From an uncultured Pseudomonadota bacterium (GTDB lineage Bacteria > Myxococcota_A > Polyangia > Fen-1088): a DNA stretch of 64,000 nt. Positions within the stretch are counted from its first letter, which is position 1. Each line of letters opens with the position of its first letter. Positions 53,476 to 63,851 of the stretch are shown piece after piece. The notes beneath the pieces were generated by a model, which worked only from the letters and a program-made list of their open reading frames with translations, was not told the origin of the DNA and did no database searches. The stretch is taken from contig CAVQDT010000008.1 in the NCBI GenBank assembly GCA_963711305.1, positions 512,446-576,445 on the forward strand, given 5' to 3'. The position numbers and the translations under genes are program-made.

Positions 53476-54821
53476 GGCGACCGTCGAGCCTCGCGTCGGG
53501 GTCGCCGACGACGCTGGGCGTGTCGCTGGTGGTGGTGCTGGTGACGCTGGCGGCGGGCGAGGGGTGCCGCCGCTTGTTCGGACCAGGAGCATCGAGCGTC
53601 ACCGTCTGGAGCGCGGGCGCGATCGTGTCGACGCTGCTGGTCTTCGCTGTCAACCGCACCGCCGCCGCGCGCTTCGTCTGGGACGGCGTCTTCGCGGTCA
53701 GCGACGGCCTGCTGAGCCTGACCGAGGGCGACTACGGCGTGCGCCTGGCGGTCGGCCGCGACGATCAGCTCGGGCGCCTGATCCGCCGCTTCAACACGCT
53801 CGCCGAGACGCTGCGCCGCGATCGCAGCGGCATCTATCAGCGCGAGATGCTGCTCGAGACCGTGCTCGCCGCCAGCACGACGATCGCCGTCATCATCAAC
53901 GAGGCGGGGCGCATCATCTACGCCAACATCTCGGCGGAGCAGTTCTTCGCGGGTGGGCAGAAGATCGAGGGGCGCCTGCTGTCCGACCTGATCGCCGCCG
54001 CGCCCGACCAGCTGCAGGAGGCGGCGCGCGCGGTGACCGACATCCTGTTCACCTGCGAGCGTCCGGGCGCCGACGAGCCCGAGACGTTTCACCTGTCGAA
54101 GCACTACTTCGAGATCTCCACGCAGCCGCACACGCTGTTCATGCTCAAGCCGCTCACGAAAGAGCTCGCGCGCAAGGAGGTCGAGACCTGGAAGAAGGCG
54201 ATCCGCGTGCTCAGCCACGAGGTCAACAACTCGCTGGCGCCGATCACCTCGCTGCTGCACTCGTCGCGGCTGATGCTCGCCAACCCCGCCGGCCACGAAA
54301 AGCGGCTCTCGTCGGCGCTCGACACCATCGAGGAGCGCGCGACTCACTTGAAGACGTTCCTCGACAGCTACGGTAGCTTCGCGCGCCTGCCGCTGCCAAC
54401 CAAGCGGGCGGTGCCGTGGAAGGATCTGCTCGCGGGTTTCGCCGGGCTCTACCCCTACACGCTCGACGGCGCGTTGCCGGAGGCGCCCGCGTTCGCCGAC
54501 GCCGGCCAGATGCAGCAGGTGTTGATCAACCTGCTCAAGAACGCCTCCGAATCGGGCAGCGCGCCCGAGGAGATCGCGATCGCCTTCGACGTCGAGGAGC
54601 GGGGCGGTATCGGCATCAGCGTGCGCGACCGCGGCAAGGGCATGTCGCCCGAGGTGCTGCGCAACGCGCTCTTGCCGTTCTATTCGACGAAGAAGGCCGG
54701 CAGCGGTCTCGGGCTCGCCCTCTGCCGCGAGATCGTCGAGGCCCACGGCGGCCGCCTGTCATTGCACCCCCGCGACGGTGGCGGCCTGGTCGTGCGTTGC
54801 TGGCTGCCGCCGGCGAGCTGA
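53472..54821 (+). CDS. Membrane sensor histidine kinase (HAMP-PAS-HisKA-HATPase), partner of the NtrC-type regulator
   Basis: The ATGA overlaps the regulator stop. It has two TMs, HAMP (LGRLIRRFNTLAETL), a PAS-like segment, H-box LSHEVNNSLAPI, N-box NLLKNASES and G-boxes DRGKGM / GSGLGLAL. Intact. Confidence 0.88.
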
Positions 54822-54842
54822 GGCCGGATCCAGGATCGCAAT

Positions 54843-55478
54843 TCAACGTCCCGCCACGCCGCGCCCCGCCCGCGCCTCGCGCCAGCGCCGCAACCGGTCC
54901 GCGACCAGCTCCTCGACCTCGGGCCAGGTCGCCGCGGCTGGCGCGGCGATGTGGCGGTTGGTCGAGTTGCGGAACACGATGGTCTCGTGGCCGTCGGCGC
55001 GCAGCGCCTCGACGTTCTCCGGCGAATCCTCGACGTACAGGTCGGCGCCTACCGCCGCCTTGTCTTTCATGAAGCAGAGGTCCCAGTACGGGATGCCGTG
55101 GTGCTCGAGCCACGCGGTGGTCTGGGTCACCGCCTCCTCGTGAAAGTACTTCACGTACAGGCGATGGGTGATGATGCGGATGCGCACCTCGTTCTGCGAG
55201 ATCCGCCGCAGCGCCGACGGTGCGCCCGGCATCGGTGTCAGCTTGCGAAACAGCTCGCGCTGGGTGACCGCGAAGCGGTGCAGGTCCTCGTAGCCGCCGA
55301 GCGCGTCGAGGCCCCACTCCGACAGGCCGTACGAGACCTCGAGCGGCAGCGCCTCGGGCGCGACGCCGCGCCACTCGGCGGCGATGGGTCGCAGCCCGGA
55401 GTAGAAATCGGCGACCACGCCGTCCAGATCCACGCCGAGCACGAACTGCCGCGCGAGCTGCTTCGCTGCTTCGTCCAT
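54843..55478 (-). CDS. HAD-superfamily 5-prime(3-prime)-deoxyribonucleotidase-like protein
   Basis: 211 aa. LGVDLDGVVADF carries the DxDxV motif. It also has a NT5C-like pattern: ITHR...WLEHHGIPYWDLCF...ADLYVEDSPENV. Confidence 0.6.
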   Translation of the reverse strand: MDEAAKQLARQFVLGVDLDGVVADFYSGLRPIAAEWRGVAPEALPLEVSYGLSEWGLDALGGYEDLHRFAVTQRELFRKLTPMPGAPSALRRISQNEVRIRIITHRLYVKYFHEEAVTQTTAWLEHHGIPYWDLCFMKDKAAVGADLYVEDSPENVEALRADGHETIVFRNSTNRHIAAPAAATWPEVEELVADRLRRWREARAGRGVAGR

Positions 55479-55563
55479 CCGCTGCCTCCCCGGCGATTGT
55501 GCCGCGCTTGCACTGCGGTCGCCAGCATCCTAAAGATGTGCGGTCACTCGAAGGAGGCCGCCA

Positions 55564-56577
<1,014 letters not shown>

Positions 56578-56579
56578 TC

Positions 56580-56969
56580 ATGCCCTTTGTTCGCATTACG
56601 CGCCGGCAGGGCCGCCCGCCCGATGAAAACCGCCGCTTGCTCGACGCCGTTCACGCCGCGCTGGTCGAGGGTTTCAAGATCCCGGACTCGGATCGGCATC
56701 AGACGCTGATCGAGCTCGACGCAGCGTCGTTCGAGATCACCGCGGATCGCACGCCAGCGTTCACGCTGGTCGAGATCACCGCCTTCCCCGGGCGATCGGT
56801 CGAGGCGAAGCGCACAGTGTTTCAGTCGATGGCGCGGCGTTTCGAGGCGGCGGGTGTCAGCCCGGCCGACCTGTTCGTGGTGCTCACCGAGCCGCCGCTC
56901 GAGAACTGGAGCCCGCGCAACGGCGTGTCGTCGTTCGACCAGAAGCCCGGGTTCAAGCTCGACGTGTGA
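56580..56969 (+). CDS. Tautomerase-superfamily protein (4-OT-like, long form)
   Basis: 129 aa starting MPFVRITRR (catalytic Pro1 context), with a duplicated beta-alpha-beta pattern. The family call is moderate. Confidence 0.65.
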   Translation: MPFVRITRRQGRPPDENRRLLDAVHAALVEGFKIPDSDRHQTLIELDAASFEITADRTPAFTLVEITAFPGRSVEAKRTVFQSMARRFEAAGVSPADLFVVLTEPPLENWSPRNGVSSFDQKPGFKLDV

Positions 56970-56990
56970 CGGCCGATCGAGCGCGGACGA

Positions 56991-57695
56991 TCAGAACGAC
57001 CACGACCAGCGTCCGAGCGTCAGGCGGCTCGCGTGGCGCGCTTCGAACACGTAGGTGAAGTGCTCGGGTTTACCGGCGACCGGTCCGACCTCGGTCAGTG
57101 TGCCCGTGACCCGCAGCCGCGTCGGCGTCGCCGAGGTGATGGCGCGCCGCCGGTAGAGAAAGCCACGCGCGGGCCGCCGGACGCCGTCCTGGCGCACGAG
57201 TAGATCTTCGACGTCGACGTCGACCGGCGGCAGCTTGACCTCGGTGGCGCCGTCGGCCTCGACGACGAGGTTGCTGAGACGGAACGACGTCGCGCCGTCG
57301 CCGTCGGCCAGCGTGCCGTACATCATGAGATCGTACGGAGGCCCGTAGCTGGAGAACGCGAGAAACGCTGGATTGCCCCAGCCGGATCCCTTCGGCGAGT
57401 TCTGGATGTGAACCGTCGCGAAGGGGACGGCGAATCGCTCGCATTCGACGTAGTCGATCTCGCGCTTGAAGGTGAGGCCGCCCGCGACCACGAGCGCGAT
57501 GACCAGCGAGATGCCGACGGCGCCGCCGGCCAGGAACACGCGGCGGATCGTGGGGCCATTTCCGTAGCGACGCAGCAGCTGCACCGCATAGTCGCGCGTC
57601 GTGCGGGCTGGCGATTGTCCCTCGCCGAGCTCGGCGACCGCGCCGGCCCCCGTGGTCGGCTCTTTTCCGGAGCCGTCACCGCCCCAAGCGACCAT
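56991..57695 (-). CDS. Single-pass membrane protein, unknown function
   Basis: 234-aa intact ORF with high GC3 and one TM (VFLAGGAVGISLVIALVVAGGL). No recognised motifs. Confidence 0.5.
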   Translation of the reverse strand: MVAWGGDGSGKEPTTGAGAVAELGEGQSPARTTRDYAVQLLRRYGNGPTIRRVFLAGGAVGISLVIALVVAGGLTFKREIDYVECERFAVPFATVHIQNSPKGSGWGNPAFLAFSSYGPPYDLMMYGTLADGDGATSFRLSNLVVEADGATEVKLPPVDVDVEDLLVRQDGVRRPARGFLYRRRAITSATPTRLRVTGTLTEVGPVAGKPEHFTYVFEARHASRLTLGRWSWSF

Positions 57696-57980
57696 GTGCG
57701 CATCATGCCAGAAAGCAACGCGCCCGCGCCCGGGAACACGTCATTTGCCGCGCCGCCCGCGCGCGCCGGGTCGGCCGGGCGTGTCGAGACACGGAGTGAC
57801 CGATTCGGCTCACGGCGGCGACTCCTTTCTTGGGTTCGCGGCTCGCCACCTCTGCGCGACGCGTGATACGGTGCCGCGCATCGACGCGGTCGGCGGGCAG
57901 AAGGTTTGCGGGACGTCGTGCCCTGAGGGCGTCGTGGGTGAGCGGAACGCCCGAGAATCGTCCCCCGGAGGTAATTTACC

Positions 57981-59753
57981 GTGAAGACCGGACACCTTCT
58001 TTCACGTGTCGCGCTGGCGGTGGCCCTGGTGGCCGCGGGCTGTAGCAGCGGCGCCATTGGGGCGGACGACGGCGTCGGCGGCGGCTCGACCGCGGGCGGC
58101 AGCGGCGGCGCGCCGTCGGGAAGCGGCGGCAGCAACGGCAGCGGCGGGGCAGGCACGTCGCCCGACGGCGGCGCGGCCGGGATGAGCGGCGGCGACGCCG
58201 GCAATCCGAATATGCCGCCGGTGATGCCGGTGGCCGGCGTCGTCCAGGGCGGGGTTTGCGTCCGGGTGTGCCTGGTGAGCGGGGTGACCCAGGGCGATTA
58301 CGGCTTCGAGAGCGGGGTGTCCTGCGTGGTCAAAGGCACGTACACGGCGCAGATCAGCACGGCCTGCATCGTCGGCATGCCGGTGCCCCCCAAGGGGCAT
58401 CCCGCGGGCTCGCCGGGCGTCATCGTCAGCAACCAGTGTGTCGCTCTGTGCGGGGCCGAGGTCCAGGATGGCAAGGACGCCAACCCGGCCGACGGCTACG
58501 GCTACGAGCTCGACTCGAGCTGCATCATCCCGGGCGGGAAGGTGGCGATGGTCTCGCTCCCGTGCACGACCGGCGCGCCCATTGGTGACGGCGGATCCGT
58601 TACTGGCCCGGGGCGCCTGCTCGGAGACAGCTGCACGCGCATCTGCACGGTTACCACCGCCGACACCGACGGAACCGGCTACGGCTTCGAGTTCGGCGCG
58701 ACTTGCCTCATCCCGGGCACGGCCACGGCGATGAAGGGGCTCGCCTGCACCGTCGGCGTGCCCGAGCCGACCGGGCCGTCGATCACATTGAACCCGAACC
58801 CGCCGCCCGGCGCGCTGAAGAAGCCGGCCGGCATGCTGACCAACGGATTCTTCGTCACCGGCGGGCGGCTCTACGACAAGTTCGGCAATGACTTCATTCC
58901 ACGCGGGCTCAACAACCCCGACGTCTGGTTCGACATCGGGGACCAGTACCTGGCGTACAACGCGCTCGACAACATCGCGGCCTACGGCGCCAACGTGGTG
59001 CGCATCGTCTGGCAGACGAATGCCACGGGCGGCACGCCGGCGCTGCTGCAGCGGATCATCCGCCACGCGGTCGAGCTGAAGCTGGTGCCTCTGGTCGAGC
59101 TCCACGACGTGACCGGCGGCACCAGCAATCAAGATCTCTTGAACATGGTCGCGTACTACACCAGCGCGCCGGTGAAACAGATCCTGCTCCAGTTCGAGGC
59201 GTTCCTGCTGATCAACATCGCCAACGAGTGGAGCGGCAACGATTTCCGCGGCGGCTACACAGCGGCGGTCGCGGCGATGCGCGCCGCCGGGATCAATCAC
59301 ACGCTGATCATCGACGCCAACGGGTTCGGCCAGAACGCGGCGTCGATCATGACCGACGGCGCGGCGCTGCTGGCGGCCGACCCCCAGCACAATCTGATGT
59401 TCAGCGTGCACATGTACGAGCAGTACGCGAACAACACCGGCGGCCACACCAAGATCACGTCGACGTTGCAGTCAGCGGTCACCGCGCAACTGCCGCTGGT
59501 GGTCGGCGAGTTCGGCTGGGAAGCGGGCAATCCGCTGACGCCGATCGATGCCGCGTTCATCATGTCGGAGTGCGTGCGGTTGAAGCTCGGCTACCTCGGC
59601 TGGTCGTGGAAGGGCAACGGCGCCGCGCAGGCCTACCTGGATCTGGCGGTCGACTGGGAGGGGGCGCAGCTGTCGAGCTGGGGCAACACGCTGATCAACG
59701 GAACCGGCGGGTTGATGACCAGCACGACGAAGGCGACGATCTACACGGAGTGA
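57981..59753 (+). CDS. Secreted lipoprotein GH5 glycoside hydrolase (mannanase/cellulase-like) with three N-terminal CBM10-like Cys modules
   Basis: GTG follows GGAGG. The lipobox is LVAAGC. It has three modules of the form C-x3-C...G(Y/F)G(Y/F)E...C...C. The GH5 core has RGLNNP, INIANEW (acid/base NE), HMYE and VVGEFGW (nucleophile E). Intact. Confidence 0.8.
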   Translation: MKTGHLLSRVALAVALVAAGCSSGAIGADDGVGGGSTAGGSGGAPSGSGGSNGSGGAGTSPDGGAAGMSGGDAGNPNMPPVMPVAGVVQGGVCVRVCLVSGVTQGDYGFESGVSCVVKGTYTAQISTACIVGMPVPPKGHPAGSPGVIVSNQCVALCGAEVQDGKDANPADGYGYELDSSCIIPGGKVAMVSLPCTTGAPIGDGGSVTGPGRLLGDSCTRICTVTTADTDGTGYGFEFGATCLIPGTATAMKGLACTVGVPEPTGPSITLNPNPPPGALKKPAGMLTNGFFVTGGRLYDKFGNDFIPRGLNNPDVWFDIGDQYLAYNALDNIAAYGANVVRIVWQTNATGGTPALLQRIIRHAVELKLVPLVELHDVTGGTSNQDLLNMVAYYTSAPVKQILLQFEAFLLINIANEWSGNDFRGGYTAAVAAMRAAGINHTLIIDANGFGQNAASIMTDGAALLAADPQHNLMFSVHMYEQYANNTGGHTKITSTLQSAVTAQLPLVVGEFGWEAGNPLTPIDAAFIMSECVRLKLGYLGWSWKGNGAAQAYLDLAVDWEGAQLSSWGNTLINGTGGLMTSTTKATIYTE

Positions 59754-59757
59754 CGCC

Positions 59758-61164
59758 TTAGAAGGTGTGAACCCCGAGTCCCACGCTGCAATCGACCATC
59801 CGCGTGTACACATTGATGCTTCCGATCGACGTCAGCGGGCGCGACGTCGTCGCGTTCACCAGCGCGTTGAACGCCGTGCAGCTGAGATCGATGTGCTGCG
59901 GGCGCGCGGTGGTACACCAGTAGGTGTTGCTGGGGTGGTTGTGCGGGCAGGCGTCGATCAGCTGCACCACCACCGACTGCCCAGCCTTGCAGAACTCGTC
60001 GTGGGTGAAGCCGTCGCCGTTGAACGAGTAGATGCCGGCGGCGTTGCAGGTGACCTCGGCGCACAGGCCGCAGTCGCTCTGACCCGCGCACGCCGGCGGG
60101 CTCGAGCAGCGATCGGGCGCGCTCTGACCGCCGGTGCAGGTACAGGCGGGCGCGCCATTCCAGAGTGTGCTCAGGTCGCCGGCGGCGCCGTAGTACATCG
60201 TGTTCGCGCCGCTGAGGCGCACGGCACCACGGGCGACGCAGGTGCTGCCGTTCAGGTTGGTGCTGTCGGTGACGCCGAGGGGCGCGCAGTCGACCTGGCC
60301 GAACATCGTCGCCGTGTACATCGAGTTCCAGTTGTTGCCGGGCGGCGGGGGAGGGGGCGGCGGTGGCGGCGGCGGCGTGGGCGGCACGCAGGGCACCCCC
60401 TGCAGCGCGGTCAGCGAGGTGGAGACCACGCAGGTCAGGTTGTTCTCGAAGCCGAAGCCATCGCCGTCGGGATCGGAGACCGCCGGGTCCTGGCAGATCG
60501 GCGCGCAGGTCATGGTCGTACCGCTGGTGATCGTCACGCCCTTGCCGGCCGGCAGCGGCGGCGGCGCGCACGAGACCCCGCCGTAGGCCGCGGCGGTGCC
60601 GGCCACGATACAGTTGCGGCCGTGCTCGAATCCATACCCGGTGTGATTGGCGTCGGTGATCGCGCTCGAGCAATACGACAGGCAGTTCGTGCCGTCGAAC
60701 ACGCCGTTGCCGGGCGGCGGCAGGTTGGGCAGCGGCATCGGGTTGCAGGGCACGGTGTTAGCCGCCGCGGGCGACGTCGCGACCAAGCAGCTGCGCTGCT
60801 GCTCCCAGCCATAGCCGTCACCCGTGGGGTTGGTGATCGCCGGGAAGCCGCAGATCGGGAAGCACATGCCACCCTTGAGCAGTCCGGTCCCGGAGCCGCC
60901 GTCGGTGGCGCTGCCGCCCGCACCGGTGGTGGTCGTGCCGCCCGCGCCGGTGGAACCGCCGCTGCCACCGGCGGTGGCGCCGCCCGTGCCGGCGGTGGTC
61001 GTGCCGCCCGCACCGCTCGCGCGACCTCCGGCACCGCCGGCGCCGGCGGTGTCGCCGCTGCCGGGGCTCGCGCCGCAACCGATGCCGGACAGAGATGAAA
61101 CGACGGCGAGCACGGTCGCGATTGCGGATCCCGGCGCGCGCCCGTCAAGGAAACGACGTGGCAT
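59758..61164 (-). CDS. Secreted lipoprotein: three CBM10-like Cys modules, poly-Pro linker, C-terminal expansin domain-1-like (DPBB/GH45-like) domain
   Basis: Starts MPRRFLDGRAPGSAIATVLAVVSSLSGIGC. Modules carry GDGYGWEQQRSCLV, TGYGFEHGRNCIV and GDGFGFENNLTCVV, then P13. Next come YTATMFG...CGLCAEVTC...VVVQLIDACPHNHPSNTYWC...PQHIDLSCTAFNAL...INVYTRMVDC. Intact, 468 aa. Confidence 0.65.
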   Translation of the reverse strand: MPRRFLDGRAPGSAIATVLAVVSSLSGIGCGASPGSGDTAGAGGAGGRASGAGGTTTAGTGGATAGGSGGSTGAGGTTTTGAGGSATDGGSGTGLLKGGMCFPICGFPAITNPTGDGYGWEQQRSCLVATSPAAANTVPCNPMPLPNLPPPGNGVFDGTNCLSYCSSAITDANHTGYGFEHGRNCIVAGTAAAYGGVSCAPPPLPAGKGVTITSGTTMTCAPICQDPAVSDPDGDGFGFENNLTCVVSTSLTALQGVPCVPPTPPPPPPPPPPPPGNNWNSMYTATMFGQVDCAPLGVTDSTNLNGSTCVARGAVRLSGANTMYYGAAGDLSTLWNGAPACTCTGGQSAPDRCSSPPACAGQSDCGLCAEVTCNAAGIYSFNGDGFTHDEFCKAGQSVVVQLIDACPHNHPSNTYWCTTARPQHIDLSCTAFNALVNATTSRPLTSIGSINVYTRMVDCSVGLGVHTF

Positions 61165-61286
61165 GGCGCGCAGCGTAGACTTTTCCGCCGAGGGCTTCAA
61201 CCACCGCGCGGGCTGCGCGCGGCGTCGTCCATTCGACCGGAGATCTGTCTCTTTTACGGCGATCCGCGGTCGCGGGCGCGGCGCGA

Positions 61287-61914
61287 TCAGCGCAGCGGGT
61301 AGATGATCACGTCGTGGTAGCGCGCCTCGGCGCCGCCCGGGTTCTCGTACACGTGCGGCACATTGGCGTCGAACAGCATCGAATCGCCCGCCGCCAGATC
61401 CTCGGCCTGCTCGCCGACGAGCATGCGCAGCGCGCCGCTCAGCACCACCACCAGCTCGCGCGTGCCCGGCCCGTGCGGATCCGAGGAATGACGCGCGCGG
61501 GCCGCGAGCCGCAGCTCGTAGACCTCGACCTGGTTGCTGCCCTGACGCCGGCATCAGCGGCCGGCTTTCGAACTTGCGGTCGGTCGACCGCAGCACCTGG
61601 GTATCGTTGCGCCGGAGGACCGCCAGCGTCGGCTGCCCCTCGCCGATCAGCTCGGCGAACGGGATGCCCAGGCCCGAGGCGATCTTCCACAGCACGCCGA
61701 TCGACGGGTTGGTCTTGCGCGTCTCGATCTGCGACAGGCCGGCGCGGCTGACGCCCGTGCGCTGGGCCAGTTGATCCAGCGACATGTCCCGGCGGCGGCG
61801 CTGCTCGCGCAGGTTCTCGGCGACCCGCGCCGCCAGCTCGGCGGCGCCGACCTCGTCTCCGGGGGGGATCGGCGTCTCACGCAGCGATCCCCGCTTGGTC
61901 TGCGTCTTCGGCAT
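61287..61914 (-). pseudogene. XRE-family HTH + cupin transcriptional regulator, 1 frame change as sequenced
   Basis: The HTH is MSLDQLAQRTGVSRAGLSQIETRKTNPSIGVLWKIASGLG. After a shift near 61545 comes the cupin part VEVYELRLAARARHSSDPHGPGTRELVVVLSGAL...SMLFDANVPHVYENPG, ending at the stop at 61287. Confidence 0.8.
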
Positions 61915-61998
61915 CGTGACGCCGAACGTACCACGGCACGCGTCGTATCGTAAAAGAGACGCAGCTCTCGTATCGCGTATGCTAAAAACCGAGGCGTC

Positions 61999-62607
61999 AT
62001 GGCGATGACGCTGCTGGGCACCACGACGTCCCCGTACACCCGCAAGGTTCGCATCCTGCTCAAGGCGCTCGGCCAGGCGCACGAGCTCGTCGACACGCGC
62101 ACCGACGCGGGCGCGGCGGCGCTCGCCCAGGCATCGCCGCTCGGCAAGGTGCCGGTGCTGCTCGTCGACGGCGATGCGGAAGGCGACCCGGGCGTGCTCC
62201 CCGACTCGTCGTTGATCACCAACTGGCTCTGGGCGACCAGCGAGGCCAAGCTGCGCGCCGCCGGATTCAGCCTCGATCCGCTCGACTGGGCCGACCGGCG
62301 GCTGCAAGAGGTCGTCGAGGGGGCGCTCGACGCCGCCATCAACTTCCGCTACCTGCGGCTCGACGGGTTCACCGAAGCCGGTTACATCGCCAAGCAGCGC
62401 GCGCGCGTCGATCGGACACTGAGCTGGCTCGACGGGCGCATCCCTTTTGCGCGGCCGCTCGGTCTGGCGGCGCTGTCGCTCGGCTGCACGCTCGACTGGA
62501 TCGCGTTTCGCAACGTTGTCGATCTCGGGCAGTGGCCAGCGCTGGCGGCGTTTCGCGACGCCTGGCAGAGCGCAGGCATCGGTGCAGGGAGTGAGCCCCA
62601 TGAGTGA
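61999..62607 (+). CDS. Glutathione S-transferase family protein
   Basis: 202 aa. The thioredoxin-like N-domain has SPYTRKVRILL...PLGKVPVLL. A helical C-domain follows. Divergent from the XRE-cupin gene. Confidence 0.7.
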   Translation: MAMTLLGTTTSPYTRKVRILLKALGQAHELVDTRTDAGAAALAQASPLGKVPVLLVDGDAEGDPGVLPDSSLITNWLWATSEAKLRAAGFSLDPLDWADRRLQEVVEGALDAAINFRYLRLDGFTEAGYIAKQRARVDRTLSWLDGRIPFARPLGLAALSLGCTLDWIAFRNVVDLGQWPALAAFRDAWQSAGIGAGSEPHE

Positions 62608-63265
62608 GCTGTCTCCCGAGGCCTTCGTCGCCGAGCTCGACGAGAGGAACCGCGCACGGCTCGCAGACCTGGCGGCCAGATCGGCGGCCGGCGAGCCCGG
62701 CGAGGCCCTCGGCGTCGCGCAGCTCTTGAAGCTGGCGCTGCGCAACGAGCTCGAGGCGACGGAGCTGGCGGCGTTCTGGATGGTCGACGCGCCCGAGCTC
62801 GACGTGCGCCTCGCGCTCGCGCGCCAGTGCGGCGACGAGGCCAAGCACTATCGCTGGATCGAGGAGCGGCTCGCCGCGCTCGGCGTGGATCTGAGCGGAT
62901 TCGATCCGCAGGCGCCGGGGTTGAGCCCGCTATCGGCGTACCTGCGCACGTTGAAGGGGACCGCGGAGCGGGCCGCGGCCGGGCCGTTCACGCGCGAGGC
63001 GATCGCGGTCGCGCGCAACGACGTGTTCGCGGCGTTCTGCGCCGAGCGCGGCGATCTCGCGACCGCGGCGCTCTATCGCGAGCGGATCCAACCCGACGAG
63101 CAGCATCATCACGAGCTCGGGCGCCGGCTGCTGCTCCGGTACGCGGTCACCGAGGAGCAGCAGGCGCGCGCTCGCGCCGCCGCCGAGACCACGTTGCGTA
63201 TCGCCGACGAGCTCCAGGAGCTGGCGCGCCTCAAGGCAGGCGTCTGCCGCGCGCCGGGCTGCTGA
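62600..63265 (+). CDS. Ferritin-like superfamily (four-helix-bundle) protein, unknown function
   Basis: ATG 62600 overlaps the GST stop by 8 nt. Helical repeats carry E...E..H-like pairs (NELEATELAAFW...CGDEAKHYRW and EQHHHELGRRLL), suggesting a di-iron site. The family call is tentative. Confidence 0.5.
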   Translation: MSELSPEAFVAELDERNRARLADLAARSAAGEPGEALGVAQLLKLALRNELEATELAAFWMVDAPELDVRLALARQCGDEAKHYRWIEERLAALGVDLSGFDPQAPGLSPLSAYLRTLKGTAERAAAGPFTREAIAVARNDVFAAFCAERGDLATAALYRERIQPDEQHHHELGRRLLLRYAVTEEQQARARAAAETTLRIADELQELARLKAGVCRAPGC

Positions 63266-63352
63266 CCGTCTTCGCTTTTCCTGCTGGCATCCGCCCGCTG
63301 CGGATCTATCTTCCCCCGCGCGCTCCATTGGCGCGCGAAAGGGAGACGACCC

Positions 63353-63851
63353 ATGGCGGAGCAAGGCAAGGCGAAGGGGAAGGTCAAACCGATTCCCGAC
63401 GGGTACCACACGCTGACCCCGTACATCAGCGTCAAGGGAGCGCGCGAGGCGCTGGCGTTCTACAAGAAGGCATTCGGCGCGCAGGAGCTGTTTCACATGG
63501 ACATGCCGGACGGCCGCATCGGGCACGCCGAGCTGCAGATCGGCGAGTCGCGCTTCATGCTCGCCGACGAGATGCCGGAGAGGGCCGACGCCGTCTCGCG
63601 GAGCCCGGCGTCGCTGGGCGGCACGACCTGCGGGTTCATGGTCTATGTCCCCGACGTCGACACCGCGTTCGCGCGCGCCGTCGAGGCCGGCGCCGTCGGT
63701 CAAGCGCCCGCTGACCGACCAGTTCTACGGCGATCGCAGCGCCACGATCGCCGATCCGTTCGGCCACATCTGGACGCTGGGCACGCACATCGAGGACGTC
63801 AGCCCGGAGGAGATGAAGCGCCGCATGGAGAAGCTGGACGCCGGCGGCTAG
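63353..63851 (+). pseudogene. VOC/glyoxalase-family protein (PhnB-like), 1 frame change as sequenced
   Basis: MAEQGKAKGKVKPIPDGYHTLTPYISVKGAREALAFYKKAFGAQE...GRIGHAELQIGESRFMLADE is followed, after a shift near 63695, by VKRPLTDQFYGDRSATIADPFGHIWTLGTHIEDVSPEEM. Confidence 0.75.

Noticed and set aside
59758-62844. 1028-aa minus-strand ORF read as one giant protein
   Set aside because: It is an accidental open frame. It joins the expansin-like gene (real, start at 61164), intergenic DNA, the N-terminal half of the XRE-cupin gene, and antisense of the GST and ferritin-like genes. Internal start, signal peptide and family boundaries show these are separate genes.
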